32,000 nt of DNA from Bacillus subtilis subsp. subtilis str. 168 (GCF_000009045.1 NC_000964.3:510001-542000); one strand, 5' to 3'; shown: positions 1 through 9,407, counted from the first letter of the stretch. Notes: generated from the sequence alone by a model not told the origin. Made by a program: numbers and translations.

Positions 1-757
1 GGCGAAGCTTGAAATCATAAACGGGCTTAAAGAAGACGGAGTGCTGATTTATATCGGGGACGAACCGCTTCTTCAAAATGCATACAGCTGCCAGACGAAA
101 ACGTACGGTACGGGAACGCATAATGATTATCAGCTTCAGGATGTCAGCCAGAGTGAGGAAGGAACCCATTTTACAATCAAAGGGATAGAAAACACGTTTT
201 TTATTCCAATACTCGGCAAGCACAATGTGATGAACGCCATGGCTGCAATTGCTGCAGGGGCTTATTTTGGCATCGCGCCTGAGGATGCGGCAAAAGGACT
301 GAGCGGCCTAAAGGTAACCGGGATGAGGCTTGAACTCATCAAAACAGACAGCGGCCTTTCGATAATCAATGACGCTTATAATGCGAGCCCGACTTCCATG
401 AAAGCTGCAATTCAATTGACAGAAAGCCTTGAAGGCTACGGCAAAAAAATGCTCGTGCTCGGTGATATGCTTGAACTCGGCGATCTTGAAGAAACGTTCC
501 ATAAAGAGTGCGGCGCTGTGATCAGCCCTGATAAAATTGACCGCGTCTTTACGTACGGAAAACTGGGAGCTTTTATCGCGGAAGGCGCCCTGAAACACTT
601 TGAGAAAGACCGCGTCAGCCATTACACTGAGAAAAAAGATCTCCTTCAAGCTGTGAAGGAAAACGCATCAAAAGGCGATTTGATTTTATTCAAAGCGTCC
701 AGAGGTATGAAGCTTGAAGAAATCGTTAAAGATTTAATAGAGAGCCCGCTTTCATAA
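1..757 (+). CDS. murF: UDP-N-acetylmuramoyl-tripeptide--D-alanyl-D-alanine ligase, C-terminal part (5' end outside window)
   Basis: The frame is open from the window edge (codons from position 2: AKLEIINGLKEDG...) to TAA at 755-757. Mur-ligase C-terminal signatures are present (INDAYNASPTSMKAAI, KMLVLGDMLELG). The ORF-track start at 41 is internal. Confidence 0.85.
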   Translation, partial: AKLEIINGLKEDGVLIYIGDEPLLQNAYSCQTKTYGTGTHNDYQLQDVSQSEEGTHFTIKGIENTFFIPILGKHNVMNAMAAIAAGAYFGIAPEDAAKGLSGLKVTGMRLELIKTDSGLSIINDAYNASPTSMKAAIQLTESLEGYGKKMLVLGDMLELGDLEETFHKECGAVISPDKIDRVFTYGKLGAFIAEGALKHFEKDRVSHYTEKKDLLQAVKENASKGDLILFKASRGMKLEEIVKDLIESPLS

Positions 758-1156
758 GAAAATATTTTGCGAAAAAACGCATATTGCATCATAAAATAAC
801 CTGATATGCAAACACTAATGTATGCCGGCCGAAAATTATGTATATCTGGCCGGCTGCGGCTATGATACAATATATATAGGTTATTTCGCGATACGAACAT
901 ATTCGTCCGGACTTTTCATCGTGACCCGAAGTTCTCCGCTGGATTCTTGGGAGCGGATGGAGCAGCAGCCGGCATATTCGAGATGCCGATCTGCTTCTCA
1001 TCTTATTGAAAAACAAATAGTGTAATGGTAAGATAAAACTTAAAGTAATTCGGGCTTTGTATACGGATGGATCCTGTCCTTCTTGTCTAAAGGGCAGTTT
1101 TATAAGTGGTAAATCACGACATTACTGAAACAGCAATTAGAAGGAGTTTGAATAAT

Positions 1157-2641
1157 TTGACTATAACGTTTCAAGATTTTAATTTAAGTTCTGATCTCAT
1201 GAAAGCAATTAATCGTATGGGATTTGAAGAAGCAACACCGATTCAGGCACAAACGATACCGCTCGGACTTTCAAATAAAGACGTCATTGGACAAGCGCAA
1301 ACAGGTACAGGTAAAACAGCTGCGTTTGGTATACCCCTTGTTGAAAAAATTAACCCCGAGTCTCCTAATATTCAAGCAATCGTAATCGCGCCAACCCGTG
1401 AATTAGCCATTCAAGTATCTGAAGAATTGTATAAAATCGGACAAGATAAACGTGCGAAGGTTCTTCCTATTTACGGCGGACAGGATATTGGACGGCAAAT
1501 CCGGGCGTTAAAGAAGAATCCGAATATTATTGTCGGAACACCTGGACGTCTTCTTGACCACATCAACCGCCGCACCATTCGTTTAAACAATGTAAATACC
1601 GTTGTAATGGATGAAGCGGATGAAATGCTGAACATGGGATTCATTGACGATATTGAATCTATCCTTTCAAACGTGCCAAGCGAGCATCAGACACTTCTGT
1701 TCTCTGCCACAATGCCTGCGCCGATCAAACGCATTGCAGAGCGCTTCATGACTGAGCCGGAACACGTAAAAGTAAAAGCGAAAGAAATGACGGTTTCTAA
1801 CATTCAGCAGTTCTATTTGGAAGTGCAAGAACGTAAAAAATTCGATACACTGACTCGCCTTCTTGATATTCAGTCTCCTGAGCTTGCGATCGTATTCGGA
1901 CGTACAAAACGCCGTGTCGATGAGCTGGCTGAAGCTCTGAACCTTCGCGGATATGCAGCTGAAGGTATTCACGGTGACTTAACGCAGGCGAAACGTATGG
2001 TTGCGCTTCGTAAATTTAAAGAAGGCGCAATCGAAGTTCTAGTCGCAACTGATGTTGCCGCTCGCGGACTTGATATCTCAGGTGTTACACACGTATACAA
2101 CTTCGACGTGCCTCAAGATCCTGAAAGCTACGTTCACCGTATCGGAAGAACGGGCCGTGCAGGAAAAACAGGTATGGCGATGACGTTCATTACACCGCGT
2201 GAGAAAAGCATGCTTCGCGCAATTGAACAAACAACAAAACGCAAAATGGACCGCATGAAGGAGCCTACACTTGATGAAGCGTTAGAAGGTCAGCAACAGG
2301 TTACTGTTGAACGTCTTCGCACAACAATCAGTGAAAACAACCTGAACTTCTACATGACAGCGGCAGCTGAGCTGCTTGAAGATCATGATGCAGTAACAGT
2401 GGTTGCGGCGGCTATCAAAATGGCTACAAAAGAGCCAGACGACACACCGGTTCGCTTAACAGACGAAGCGCCGATGGTCAGCAAACGCTACAAGAACCAG
2501 CGCTCTTCTAAACGCAGAGACGGTCAAGGCGGCGGCTACCGCGGCGGAAAAGGGAAAAGCAACAACCGTTCTTCCTATGACAAAAAGCGTTCAAACGATC
2601 GCCGTTCTTCAGGTGACAGACGCCAGAAAAAATCTTACTAA
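1157..2641 (+). CDS. cshA: DEAD-box ATP-dependent RNA helicase CshA
   Basis: DEAD-box motifs are present ([35 protein letters not shown]) with a basic R/K/G/S-rich C-tail. TTG at 1157 lies 10 nt after AAGGAG (1141-1146) and gives MTITFQDF, 494 aa. The ORF-track start at 1106 has no RBS. Confidence 0.92.
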   Translation: MTITFQDFNLSSDLMKAINRMGFEEATPIQAQTIPLGLSNKDVIGQAQTGTGKTAAFGIPLVEKINPESPNIQAIVIAPTRELAIQVSEELYKIGQDKRAKVLPIYGGQDIGRQIRALKKNPNIIVGTPGRLLDHINRRTIRLNNVNTVVMDEADEMLNMGFIDDIESILSNVPSEHQTLLFSATMPAPIKRIAERFMTEPEHVKVKAKEMTVSNIQQFYLEVQERKKFDTLTRLLDIQSPELAIVFGRTKRRVDELAEALNLRGYAAEGIHGDLTQAKRMVALRKFKEGAIEVLVATDVAARGLDISGVTHVYNFDVPQDPESYVHRIGRTGRAGKTGMAMTFITPREKSMLRAIEQTTKRKMDRMKEPTLDEALEGQQQVTVERLRTTISENNLNFYMTAAAELLEDHDAVTVVAAAIKMATKEPDDTPVRLTDEAPMVSKRYKNQRSSKRRDGQGGGYRGGKGKSNNRSSYDKKRSNDRRSSGDRRQKKSY

Positions 2642-2655
2642 TTTGATCGATTCAG

Positions 2656-2686
2656 AGCCCAAAACATGATGTTTTGGGCTTTTTTA
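2656..2686 (+). terminator. Rho-independent terminator after cshA
   Basis: The 10-bp stem AGCCCAAAAC / GTTTTGGGCT (2656-2665 / 2671-2680) is followed by TTTTT. Confidence 0.85.
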
Positions 2687-2753
2687 TGTTCGTGATTTGT
2701 TATTCAGCAAACTTTCAGCTGACGGAAGCCATTTTTCTCTGTATGCTTAAGAA

Positions 2754-2781
2754 TGAAACCTTTCTGTAAAAGAGACGTATA
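2754..2781 (+). promoter_or_regulatory. SigW (ECF sigma)-type promoter of ydbS-ydbT
   Basis: TGAAAC (2754-2759), a 16-nt spacer, then CGTATA (2776-2781). This matches the published SigW consensus TGAAAC-N16-CGTA and sits about 35 nt upstream of the ydbS start. Confidence 0.8.
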
Positions 2782-2813
2782 AATAACGACGAAAAAAAGG
2801 GAGGTAGGTATTT

Positions 2814-3293
2814 TTGAGAGAGCAGCCAAAAAACCAAATCAGTCCAGACGGATTAAAGGTTTGGCGACTTCAAGAGATCATCATATCCGCTGTTTGCTTG
2901 CTTATTGTCATTGCAGTTGCAGTGTTAAGCTATTATTTTCATTGGCCGTACTGGATCAGCGGCGTGCTCGGCGCTGTTTGGCTGCTGGGATCGATTGTGA
3001 CGGTCTTTATCATTCCGAAGGTCCGTCATAAGGTGTGGCGATATGAAGTCCATGAACATGAAATAGATATTCAGTCAGGTATTTTTGTGGTGACACGTGT
3101 GATTGTTCCGATGGTCAGAGTTCAGCACGTCGATACGTCACAAGGGCCATTATTAAAAAAATACAACCTGGCAACGGTGAAAATTTCCACAGCCGCGACC
3201 GTTCATTCGATCCCCGCTTTAGAGATGGAGGAAGCGGATCGGCTAAGAGACTCCATTTCCCGTCTGGCGAGGGTGACTGACGATGATGTCTGA
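2814..3293 (+). CDS. ydbS: membrane protein with bacterial PH (bPH_2/DUF304) domain, YdbS
   Basis: TTG start at 2814 lies 8 nt after AAAGGGAGGT. There are two N-terminal hydrophobic helices and then a soluble domain. It overlaps ydbT by 11 nt. Confidence 0.85.
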   Translation: MREQPKNQISPDGLKVWRLQEIIISAVCLLIVIAVAVLSYYFHWPYWISGVLGAVWLLGSIVTVFIIPKVRHKVWRYEVHEHEIDIQSGIFVVTRVIVPMVRVQHVDTSQGPLLKKYNLATVKISTAATVHSIPALEMEEADRLRDSISRLARVTDDDV

Positions 3294-4764
3294 ACCGAAA
3301 CGCCTGCACCCGGTGGCAGTCATTTTGAATTTATGCCATACCATTATTCAAACGATAAAAAATATCATTCTGCCATTCTTTTTTGTGTATATTGTCAATT
3401 CAAACCATACTGTCCGTTTTTACGGAGCCATTGCGCTCGGTGTGCTGTTCATCTGGCTTGTAGCGGCAAGCATTATCAAATGGAGAAGGTTTACCTATCG
3501 AATTGAAGATGATGAATTTAGAATTGAAGAAGGCTTATTTGTTACGAAAAAACGATACATATCGATTGATCGGATTCAAACAATGAATACGAGCGCGGGC
3601 CTTGTCCAGCAAATCTTTAAGCTTGTGAAGCTGCAAATTGAAACAGCAGGCGGAGGCAAGGAGGCAGAAGCCGTTCTTTCTGCTATTTCTGTTGAAGAAG
3701 CGGAACGCATCAAAGAAGCTGTCTTTAAGAAAAAAGCGCAAAGACGAGAAAATGAACTTGATGAAGAACGGCTTGAAGCTGAAGAGGAGTTGGATCCGTC
3801 CGTTGAGGTGCAAGAGCACTATCGCATGAACGCGAAAGAATTGCTCATGGCCGCTTCTACCTCCGGCGGAATCGGAGTCATTATCTCCGCTGTATTTGCA
3901 CTTATTTCCCAGCTTGATGAAGTGCTGCCGATGGATTGGTTATTCGATAAATTTTCCTTCCTTCAGCACGCCAGCATCGGTATTTATGCGGTACTCATTT
4001 TTATCGGTTTATTTATCGCCTGGATTTTCAGCATCGCGGGCATGATGTTTAGATACGCGAACTTTCAAATCATAAAAAAAGAGCAGGAACTGGTGATTTC
4101 AAGGGGAATTATTGAAAAACATCAAGTCACGATTCCGCTGCGAAAAATACAAGCCATTAAAATCAAAGAAAATATCATTCGCCAGCTTTTCGGCTTTGTA
4201 ACGGTGTCCATCGTCAGCGCAGGAGGCGGCGACCGGGAAAAAGAAGAAGGCGCTTTGACCATTCTCTTTCCAATGATTCATAAAAAAAAGCTTCCGCACA
4301 TGCTCCGAACATTTACGCCGGAATACACGCTGGAAGAAAACTGCCGCCGCCTGCCGCGGCGCGCGTTGAAACGCTATTTGTTCCGTTCTGTCATTTTTTC
4401 ACTCTTTTTGATCATCCCGTTATGTATCTTCTTTCAGCCATGGGGCTATCTGTCAGTGATCCTGCTGCCGATAGAATTGCTCTTCGGCTATCTCGCGTAT
4501 AAAGAGGCTGCATGGACGATCAACGGGGACCGTCTTCAGCTGACGTCTAGATTTATAGGCAGAACAACCGCCATTGTACTGAAAAAACGAATGCAGGTCT
4601 GCAAGTTCAGCCAATCCTATTTCCAAAAGAAAGGCCGCTTGTATACCATTTCTACTTCGGTGAAATCATCGAGCCATATGGAAGAGTTAACGGTGAGGGA
4701 CGTAGGTGAAGAGGATGCAGCCTTCATTTTAAAGTGGTACTCATATGAAAAAGCGGACGGTTAA
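3283..4764 (+). CDS. ydbT: membrane protein with repeated bPH domains, YdbT
   Basis: This is a 493-aa ORF translationally coupled to ydbS. A repeated architecture (TM pair followed by a soluble module) is visible three times in the translation. Confidence 0.85.
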   Translation: MMSEPKRLHPVAVILNLCHTIIQTIKNIILPFFFVYIVNSNHTVRFYGAIALGVLFIWLVAASIIKWRRFTYRIEDDEFRIEEGLFVTKKRYISIDRIQTMNTSAGLVQQIFKLVKLQIETAGGGKEAEAVLSAISVEEAERIKEAVFKKKAQRRENELDEERLEAEEELDPSVEVQEHYRMNAKELLMAASTSGGIGVIISAVFALISQLDEVLPMDWLFDKFSFLQHASIGIYAVLIFIGLFIAWIFSIAGMMFRYANFQIIKKEQELVISRGIIEKHQVTIPLRKIQAIKIKENIIRQLFGFVTVSIVSAGGGDREKEEGALTILFPMIHKKKLPHMLRTFTPEYTLEENCRRLPRRALKRYLFRSVIFSLFLIIPLCIFFQPWGYLSVILLPIELLFGYLAYKEAAWTINGDRLQLTSRFIGRTTAIVLKKRMQVCKFSQSYFQKKGRLYTISTSVKSSSHMEELTVRDVGEEDAAFILKWYSYEKADG

Positions 4765-5030
4765 TACCGCCGCTCCAGCGTGTCGGCAAACCCTCGCATT
4801 CGTTGTCAGGACTGCGCTTCGGTGCTCAATGCGAAGTGGATCAACGGCTAAATTCTCAGGCGTCCTGCCTAAACGCCGTCGTCATCACATCCTGTGAAAG
4901 TCCGCTCCTATGCTCGTCCTTCCTAGACTTCATGGGTTTTCAATCACGCTGAAAAGATGACAAAATCCTAAAATGAAAACCATTTTAGGATTTTGTCAAC
5001 AATCTGAAGCGGCGGTTAATACCGCCGCTC
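4758..5030. repeat. 18-bp direct repeat pair (CGGTTAATACCGCCGCTC at 4758-4775 and 5013-5030) bracketing a ~240-bp structured non-coding segment
   Basis: The two copies are identical by direct reading. The first contains the ydbT stop codon and the second contains the ydcA stop codon on the other strand. The intervening DNA has no credible ORF and several hairpins. Confidence 0.6.
4959..4997. other. perfect 17-bp inverted repeat (hairpin) inside the ydbT-ydcA spacer
   Basis: GACAAAATCCTAAAATG (4959-4975), loop AAAAC, then CATTTTAGGATTTTGTC (4981-4997). Confidence 0.7.
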
Positions 5031-5038
5031 TTTTTTTT
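5008..5038 (+). terminator. Rho-independent terminator (plus-strand sense), with the ydcA stop codon in its loop
   Basis: AGCGGCGG (5008-5015), loop TTAATA, CCGCCGCT (5022-5029), then C and T8 (5031-5038). Confidence 0.8.
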
Positions 5039-5615
5039 GCACGCATAAAAACGAAAGAAGAAACCCGCCGCATAGTCCAAACAAATGGGCCATCATGTTA
5101 ATATTGGAGTTGATAAACGACATGAGAACGGCAAATGCGAGCAGTGTGATGATCATTTTGGAATGCTCCTGCCCAATTAACTCATTGCGAAAAAGAACCA
5201 TAAACAGGTATACGCCAAATAGCCCGAAAATGGCGCCTGAAGCCCCGACATGCACGTAATCAAGCGGCTCTGTAACATAAGTGCCGATATTGCCGATGAT
5301 GCCGGAGCCGGCGTATACAAGAAGGAAACGCGCTTTTCCCAGCATGCGTTCCAAAGCCGGGGCAAATAAAAAGATGGACATGGAATTAAACAGCAGATGT
5401 GTGAAACCGGCGTGCAGCAAAATCGGTGTGATAAGCCGCCACCATTCACCGTTTGCGACACCTAGATTATAGCCTGTGACGGTATCCCTCCATAACACGA
5501 CTGAATGGGCAGGAAGTGAAAAAAACAGCCAGAGAACAGCTTGCAAAGCCAATATAAAGGTGACAACGGGGTAAAGCCTGATAAATGTTTGAAAATTTTC
5601 AGTCCGTATAAACAT
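5016..5615 (-). CDS. ydcA: rhomboid-family intramembrane serine protease YdcA
   Basis: A polytopic membrane protein with the rhomboid motifs HxxxN (HLLFN), catalytic GASGAIFG and the downstream AHLFG histidine. Confidence 0.88.
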   Translation of the reverse strand: MFIRTENFQTFIRLYPVVTFILALQAVLWLFFSLPAHSVVLWRDTVTGYNLGVANGEWWRLITPILLHAGFTHLLFNSMSIFLFAPALERMLGKARFLLVYAGSGIIGNIGTYVTEPLDYVHVGASGAIFGLFGVYLFMVLFRNELIGQEHSKMIITLLAFAVLMSFINSNINMMAHLFGLCGGFLLSFLCVQKKERRY

Positions 5616-5709
5616 TCCGAGCCCCTTTTCTTCATTTTGGTATATCTATAGTAACACGTTTATGAGACAAACCATTTAAATAGTACGTACGCAAAGGAGG
5701 TTATCATAC

Positions 5710-6075
5710 ATGATTTACGGCATTGGGCTGGACATTACCGAGCTTAAACGGATCGCCTCTATGGCTGGGCGCCAGAAAAGGTTTGCCGAGCGGATTTTGA
5801 CGCGAAGCGAGCTTGACCAATACTATGAGCTTTCAGAGAAAAGAAAAAACGAATTTCTCGCGGGCAGATTCGCGGCAAAAGAAGCGTTCTCGAAAGCATT
5901 TGGCACCGGCATTGGGAGGCAGCTCAGCTTTCAGGACATTGAAATTAGGAAAGACCAAAATGGCAAGCCCTATATCATTTGTACGAAACTGAGCCAGGCC
6001 GCCGTTCACGTATCGATCACTCATACAAAAGAATACGCTGCCGCGCAGGTTGTGATTGAAAGGTTGTCAAGCTAG
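5710..6075 (+). CDS. acpS: holo-[acyl-carrier-protein] synthase (4'-phosphopantetheinyl transferase)
   Basis: 121 aa, with the N-terminal GIGLDITE motif and KEAFSKA motif typical of AcpS. RBS AAAGGAGG lies upstream. Confidence 0.92.
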   Translation: MIYGIGLDITELKRIASMAGRQKRFAERILTRSELDQYYELSEKRKNEFLAGRFAAKEAFSKAFGTGIGRQLSFQDIEIRKDQNGKPYIICTKLSQAAVHVSITHTKEYAAAQVVIERLSS

Positions 6076-6078
6076 TCT

Positions 6079-6107
6079 GCATATTAGGGAAACCCCACTC
6101 ATATATT
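6079..6107 (+). promoter_or_regulatory. candidate SigE-type (mother-cell) promoter upstream of ydcC
   Basis: GCATATT (6079-6085), a 14-nt spacer, then CATATATT (6100-6107). This resembles the SigE consensus (ATATT -35, CATACA-T -10). It is a match by eye only. Confidence 0.4.
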
Positions 6108-6249
6108 TGATAGTGCATTAAGGGAGACAAGTTGTTTGAGGCTTTTATGGTACGCATCTGTTCTGCCTAAACGTGTACCGAGCGTACCGTTAAAGTCAAA
6201 CAAGCGATTTCTTCCTTTTACATCAATTGAGAAAAAGGGGTTGAAAAAG

Positions 6250-7257
6250 GTGAGAAAAAGCTTTGTTTTGCTTTTAACGGGACTGCTTGCTGTTCTTATT
6301 CTTTCTGCCTGCGGGCAAAAAACACAGCAAGATATTGTGGCCGGGTTAGATGAAAAGGCGAAAGAATACACCTCGTACAAAGCAAAAGCGAAAATGACCA
6401 TCGAGACAGGGAGTGAGCCTCAAGTATACAATGTGGAAATCTGGCACAAAAAGCCGTCTCTGTACAGGGTTTATTTAGAAAATCCGAAAAAGGACCAAAA
6501 CCAAGTCATTTTACGAAATGAAAACGGAGTATTCGTTCTCACGCCGTCTTTAAATAAGAGCTTCAGATTTCAAAGCGATTGGCCGAACAACAGCAGCCAG
6601 GTTTATCTGTTTGAATCGCTCGTAAAGGATGTTCAAAACGATTCGGATGCAGTTTTCACAGCGAAAGAAAAGAAATACGTATTTGAAACAAAAACAAACT
6701 ATCAGCATAACAAAATGCTGCCCACGCAAGAAATCACATTTAACAAAAAAGATATGAGCCCGTCATCTGTCAAAGTGATGGATACTGACCGGAAAGTGAT
6801 GGTCAAAGTAGAATTCAGCAGCTTTGAATTTAATAAACAATTTGATAAAGAATCATTTGATGAAAAGAAAAATATGACCCTTTCTCAAATGGATGTCGCC
6901 ACAAGCGCAAAGCCTTCCGATACATTTGCGGTCAAAACGCCGCTGGAACTGCCGCTTGGCGTCAAGCTGCTTGAAGAAAAAGATATATCTACTGAAGACG
7001 GGAAGCGCATCATCATGACGTACGGAGGAGAAAAATCATTTACGTTAATTCAGGAAAAAGCCCAGATTGCCAAGGCTTCCTCCTCCGTTACGCTGAACGG
7101 CGAACCGGTAAATCTCGGCTACACCATCGGCGCCCTGTCGGATGCATCATTATCATGGACATATGACGGCGTAGATTACCTTCTCTCTTCTAAAGATCTT
7201 TCTAAAGAGGAAATGGTGACAGTAGCGAAAAGCATGCAGGGACAATCATCGAAATAA
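6250..7257 (+). CDS. ydcC: sporulation lipoprotein YdcC (LolA-like)
   Basis: GTG at 6250 lies 9 nt after AAAGGGG and gives a signal peptide with lipobox LILSAC|GQ. The ORF-track start at 6136 adds an implausible N-terminal extension. The start is uncertain by a few codons (TTG at 6241 is possible). Confidence 0.8.
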   Translation: MRKSFVLLLTGLLAVLILSACGQKTQQDIVAGLDEKAKEYTSYKAKAKMTIETGSEPQVYNVEIWHKKPSLYRVYLENPKKDQNQVILRNENGVFVLTPSLNKSFRFQSDWPNNSSQVYLFESLVKDVQNDSDAVFTAKEKKYVFETKTNYQHNKMLPTQEITFNKKDMSPSSVKVMDTDRKVMVKVEFSSFEFNKQFDKESFDEKKNMTLSQMDVATSAKPSDTFAVKTPLELPLGVKLLEEKDISTEDGKRIIMTYGGEKSFTLIQEKAQIAKASSSVTLNGEPVNLGYTIGALSDASLSWTYDGVDYLLSSKDLSKEEMVTVAKSMQGQSSK

Positions 7258-7262
7258 CCGCC

Positions 7263-7291
7263 AAAGGCCAAACATGATTTGGCCTTTTTTT
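7263..7291 (+). terminator. Rho-independent terminator after ydcC
   Basis: AAAGGCCAAA (7263-7272) / TTTGGCCTTT (7278-7287) followed by a T-run. Confidence 0.85.
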
Positions 7292-7371
7292 CGTTAGACA
7301 TCGTTTCCCTTTAGCCTTTAATTTTAGTATGATATGTAAATGATATTGAATAAAAGCTAGGAAGTGTCGTA

Positions 7372-8541
7372 ATGAGCACAAAACCTTTTTACAGAGATAC
7401 GTGGGCGGAAATTGACTTGTCCGCGATAAAGGAAAATGTCAGCAATATGAAAAAACATATCGGTGAACATGTCCACTTGATGGCAGTTGTGAAAGCAAAC
7501 GCCTACGGGCATGGTGATGCAGAAACAGCAAAGGCTGCTCTTGACGCAGGTGCTTCATGCTTGGCCGTGGCCATTTTGGATGAAGCGATTTCACTGCGCA
7601 AAAAGGGATTGAAGGCGCCTATATTGGTGCTTGGCGCGGTTCCCCCGGAGTATGTGGCAATCGCTGCTGAGTATGACGTGACCTTAACAGGTTATTCTGT
7701 TGAATGGCTTCAGGAGGCAGCCCGCCACACGAAAAAAGGTTCTCTTCATTTTCATCTGAAGGTCGATACGGGGATGAACAGACTTGGTGTAAAAACAGAG
7801 GAAGAAGTTCAGAACGTGATGGCAATTCTTGACCGCAACCCTCGTTTAAAGTGCAAAGGGGTATTTACCCATTTTGCGACAGCGGATGAAAAAGAAAGAG
7901 GCTATTTCTTAATGCAGTTTGAGCGCTTTAAAGAGCTGATTGCTCCGCTGCCGTTAAAGAATCTAATGGTCCACTGCGCGAACAGCGCCGCTGGACTCCG
8001 GCTGAAAAAAGGCTTTTTTAATGCAGTCAGATTCGGCATCGGCATGTATGGCCTTCGCCCGTCTGCTGACATGTCGGACGAGATACCGTTTCAGCTGCGT
8101 CCGGCATTTACCCTGCATTCGACACTGTCACATGTCAAACTGATCAGAAAAGGCGAGAGCGTCAGCTACGGAGCCGAGTACACAGCGGAAAAAGACACAT
8201 GGATCGGGACGGTGCCTGTAGGCTATGCGGACGGCTGGCTCCGAAAATTGAAAGGGACCGACATCCTTGTGAAGGGAAAACGCCTGAAAATTGCCGGCCG
8301 AATTTGCATGGACCAATTTATGGTGGAGCTGGATCAGGAATATCCGCCGGGCACAAAAGTCACATTAATAGGCCGGCAGGGGGATGAATATATTTCCATG
8401 GATGAGATTGCAGGAAGGCTCGAAACCATTAACTATGAGGTGGCCTGTACAATAAGTTCCCGTGTTCCCCGTATGTTTTTGGAAAATGGGAGTATAATGG
8501 AAGTAAGAAATCCTTTATTGCAGGTAAATATAAGCAATTAA
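7372..8541 (+). CDS. alr: alanine racemase
   Basis: 389 aa, with the PLP-lysine motif AVVKANAYGHG near the N-terminus and the C-terminal beta-domain motif. Confidence 0.93.
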   Translation: MSTKPFYRDTWAEIDLSAIKENVSNMKKHIGEHVHLMAVVKANAYGHGDAETAKAALDAGASCLAVAILDEAISLRKKGLKAPILVLGAVPPEYVAIAAEYDVTLTGYSVEWLQEAARHTKKGSLHFHLKVDTGMNRLGVKTEEEVQNVMAILDRNPRLKCKGVFTHFATADEKERGYFLMQFERFKELIAPLPLKNLMVHCANSAAGLRLKKGFFNAVRFGIGMYGLRPSADMSDEIPFQLRPAFTLHSTLSHVKLIRKGESVSYGAEYTAEKDTWIGTVPVGYADGWLRKLKGTDILVKGKRLKIAGRICMDQFMVELDQEYPPGTKVTLIGRQGDEYISMDEIAGRLETINYEVACTISSRVPRMFLENGSIMEVRNPLLQVNISN

Positions 8542-8656
8542 CTTACCTAAATGGAGAATTCATAAAACAGCTTTGCTTGAAGAGTGAATAATGGTATCAT
8601 TATCACTGGATGGATAAAAGAGTCGTATCCGTAAGTTTGGTGGAGGTGTATGTTTT

Positions 8657-8938
8657 TTGTCTGAATCCAGCGCAAGAACCGAAATGAAAATCAGCTTGCC
8701 CGAAAACCTAGTAGCTGAATTGGATGGTGTAGCGATGCGGGAGAAACGAAGCAGAAACGAACTGATATCACAAGCAGTGAGAGCGTATGTCAGCGAACGA
8801 ACAACTCGTCACAACCGTGATTTGATGAGACGCGGCTATATGGAAATGGCGAAAATCAACCTGAATATTTCTTCTGAGGCTCACTTTGCGGAGTGCGAGG
8901 CTGAAACGACAGTTGAGCGCTTAGTCAGCGGAGGATAA
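8657..8938 (+). CDS. ndoAI: antitoxin EndoAI (MazE-like, RHH/CopG type)
   Basis: A 93-aa ORF with TTG start 8 nt after GGTGGAGGTG. It ends 4 nt before the PemK/MazF toxin gene. Confidence 0.88.
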   Translation: MSESSARTEMKISLPENLVAELDGVAMREKRSRNELISQAVRAYVSERTTRHNRDLMRRGYMEMAKINLNISSEAHFAECEAETTVERLVSGG

Positions 8939-8942
8939 TCAT

Positions 8943-9293
8943 TTGATTGTGAAACGCGGCGATGTTTATTTTGCTGATTTATCTCCTGTTGTTGGCTCAG
9001 AGCAAGGCGGGGTGCGCCCGGTTTTAGTGATCCAAAATGACATCGGAAATCGCTTCAGCCCAACTGCTATTGTTGCAGCCATAACAGCACAAATACAGAA
9101 AGCGAAATTACCAACCCACGTCGAAATCGATGCAAAACGCTACGGTTTTGAAAGAGATTCCGTTATTTTGCTGGAGCAAATTCGGACGATTGACAAGCAA
9201 AGGTTAACGGATAAGATTACTCATCTGGATGATGAAATGATGGATAAGGTTGATGAAGCCTTACAAATCAGTTTGGCACTCATTGATTTTTAG
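8943..9293 (+). CDS. ndoA: endoribonuclease toxin EndoA (MazF/PemK family)
   Basis: 116 aa with a PemK/MazF signature N-terminus ([31 protein letters not shown]). TTG start after GGAGGA. Confidence 0.92.
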   Translation: MIVKRGDVYFADLSPVVGSEQGGVRPVLVIQNDIGNRFSPTAIVAAITAQIQKAKLPTHVEIDAKRYGFERDSVILLEQIRTIDKQRLTDKITHLDDEMMDKVDEALQISLALIDF

Positions 9294-9305
9294 ACATATT
9301 TGCAG

Positions 9306-9331
9306 GTTGCTCAAATAGAGCAACTTTTTTT
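9306..9331 (+). terminator. terminator-like hairpin after ndoA
   Basis: GTTGCTC (9306-9312) / GAGCAAC (9318-9324) followed by T7. The stem is short, so it is probably leaky. Confidence 0.6.
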
Positions 9332-9358
9332 GTTTTCAAAAAACATAAACGATATAAT
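9330..9358 (+). promoter_or_regulatory. candidate SigA promoter (PA) of the rsbR-sigB operon
   Basis: TTGTTT (9330-9335), a 17-nt spacer, then TATAAT (9353-9358), about 50 nt upstream of rsbRA. Confidence 0.5.
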
Positions 9359-9407
9359 AGTGAAATAACGAAAAAATATGTTGTTTTTTATTGGGAGGTA
9401 AGCGAAT

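Noticed and set aside
308-649. 113-aa minus-strand ORF inside murF. Similar antisense or alternate-frame ORFs in the track include 1667-1972, 3535-3819, 5177-5461, 9492-9728, 10755-11054, 12924-13341, 15257-15577, 16004-16430, 17483-17773, 24860-25144, 27044-27298, 28036-28341 and 29012-29305.
   Set aside because: Each is nested in a longer ORF with clear family motifs on the other strand or frame. None has an RBS or recognisable motifs.
789-1025. Two mutually overlapping ORFs (67 aa plus strand, 75 aa minus strand) in the murF-cshA spacer.
   Set aside because: Neither has a Shine-Dalgarno sequence, and they overlap each other and the hairpin/promoter signals. The composition looks like the translation of structured non-coding DNA.
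1106-1156. N-terminal extensions implied by the ORF track for cshA (1106), ydcC (6136), rsbU (10995), rsbV (12079), sigB (12844), ydcK (18117), immR (21531), conQ (23329), ydcS (26051), ydcT (26380) and conB (26961).
   Set aside because: In each case a downstream start has a properly spaced RBS and gives the protein length I recall for the characterised product. The upstream starts lack an RBS or run into terminators or structured DNA.
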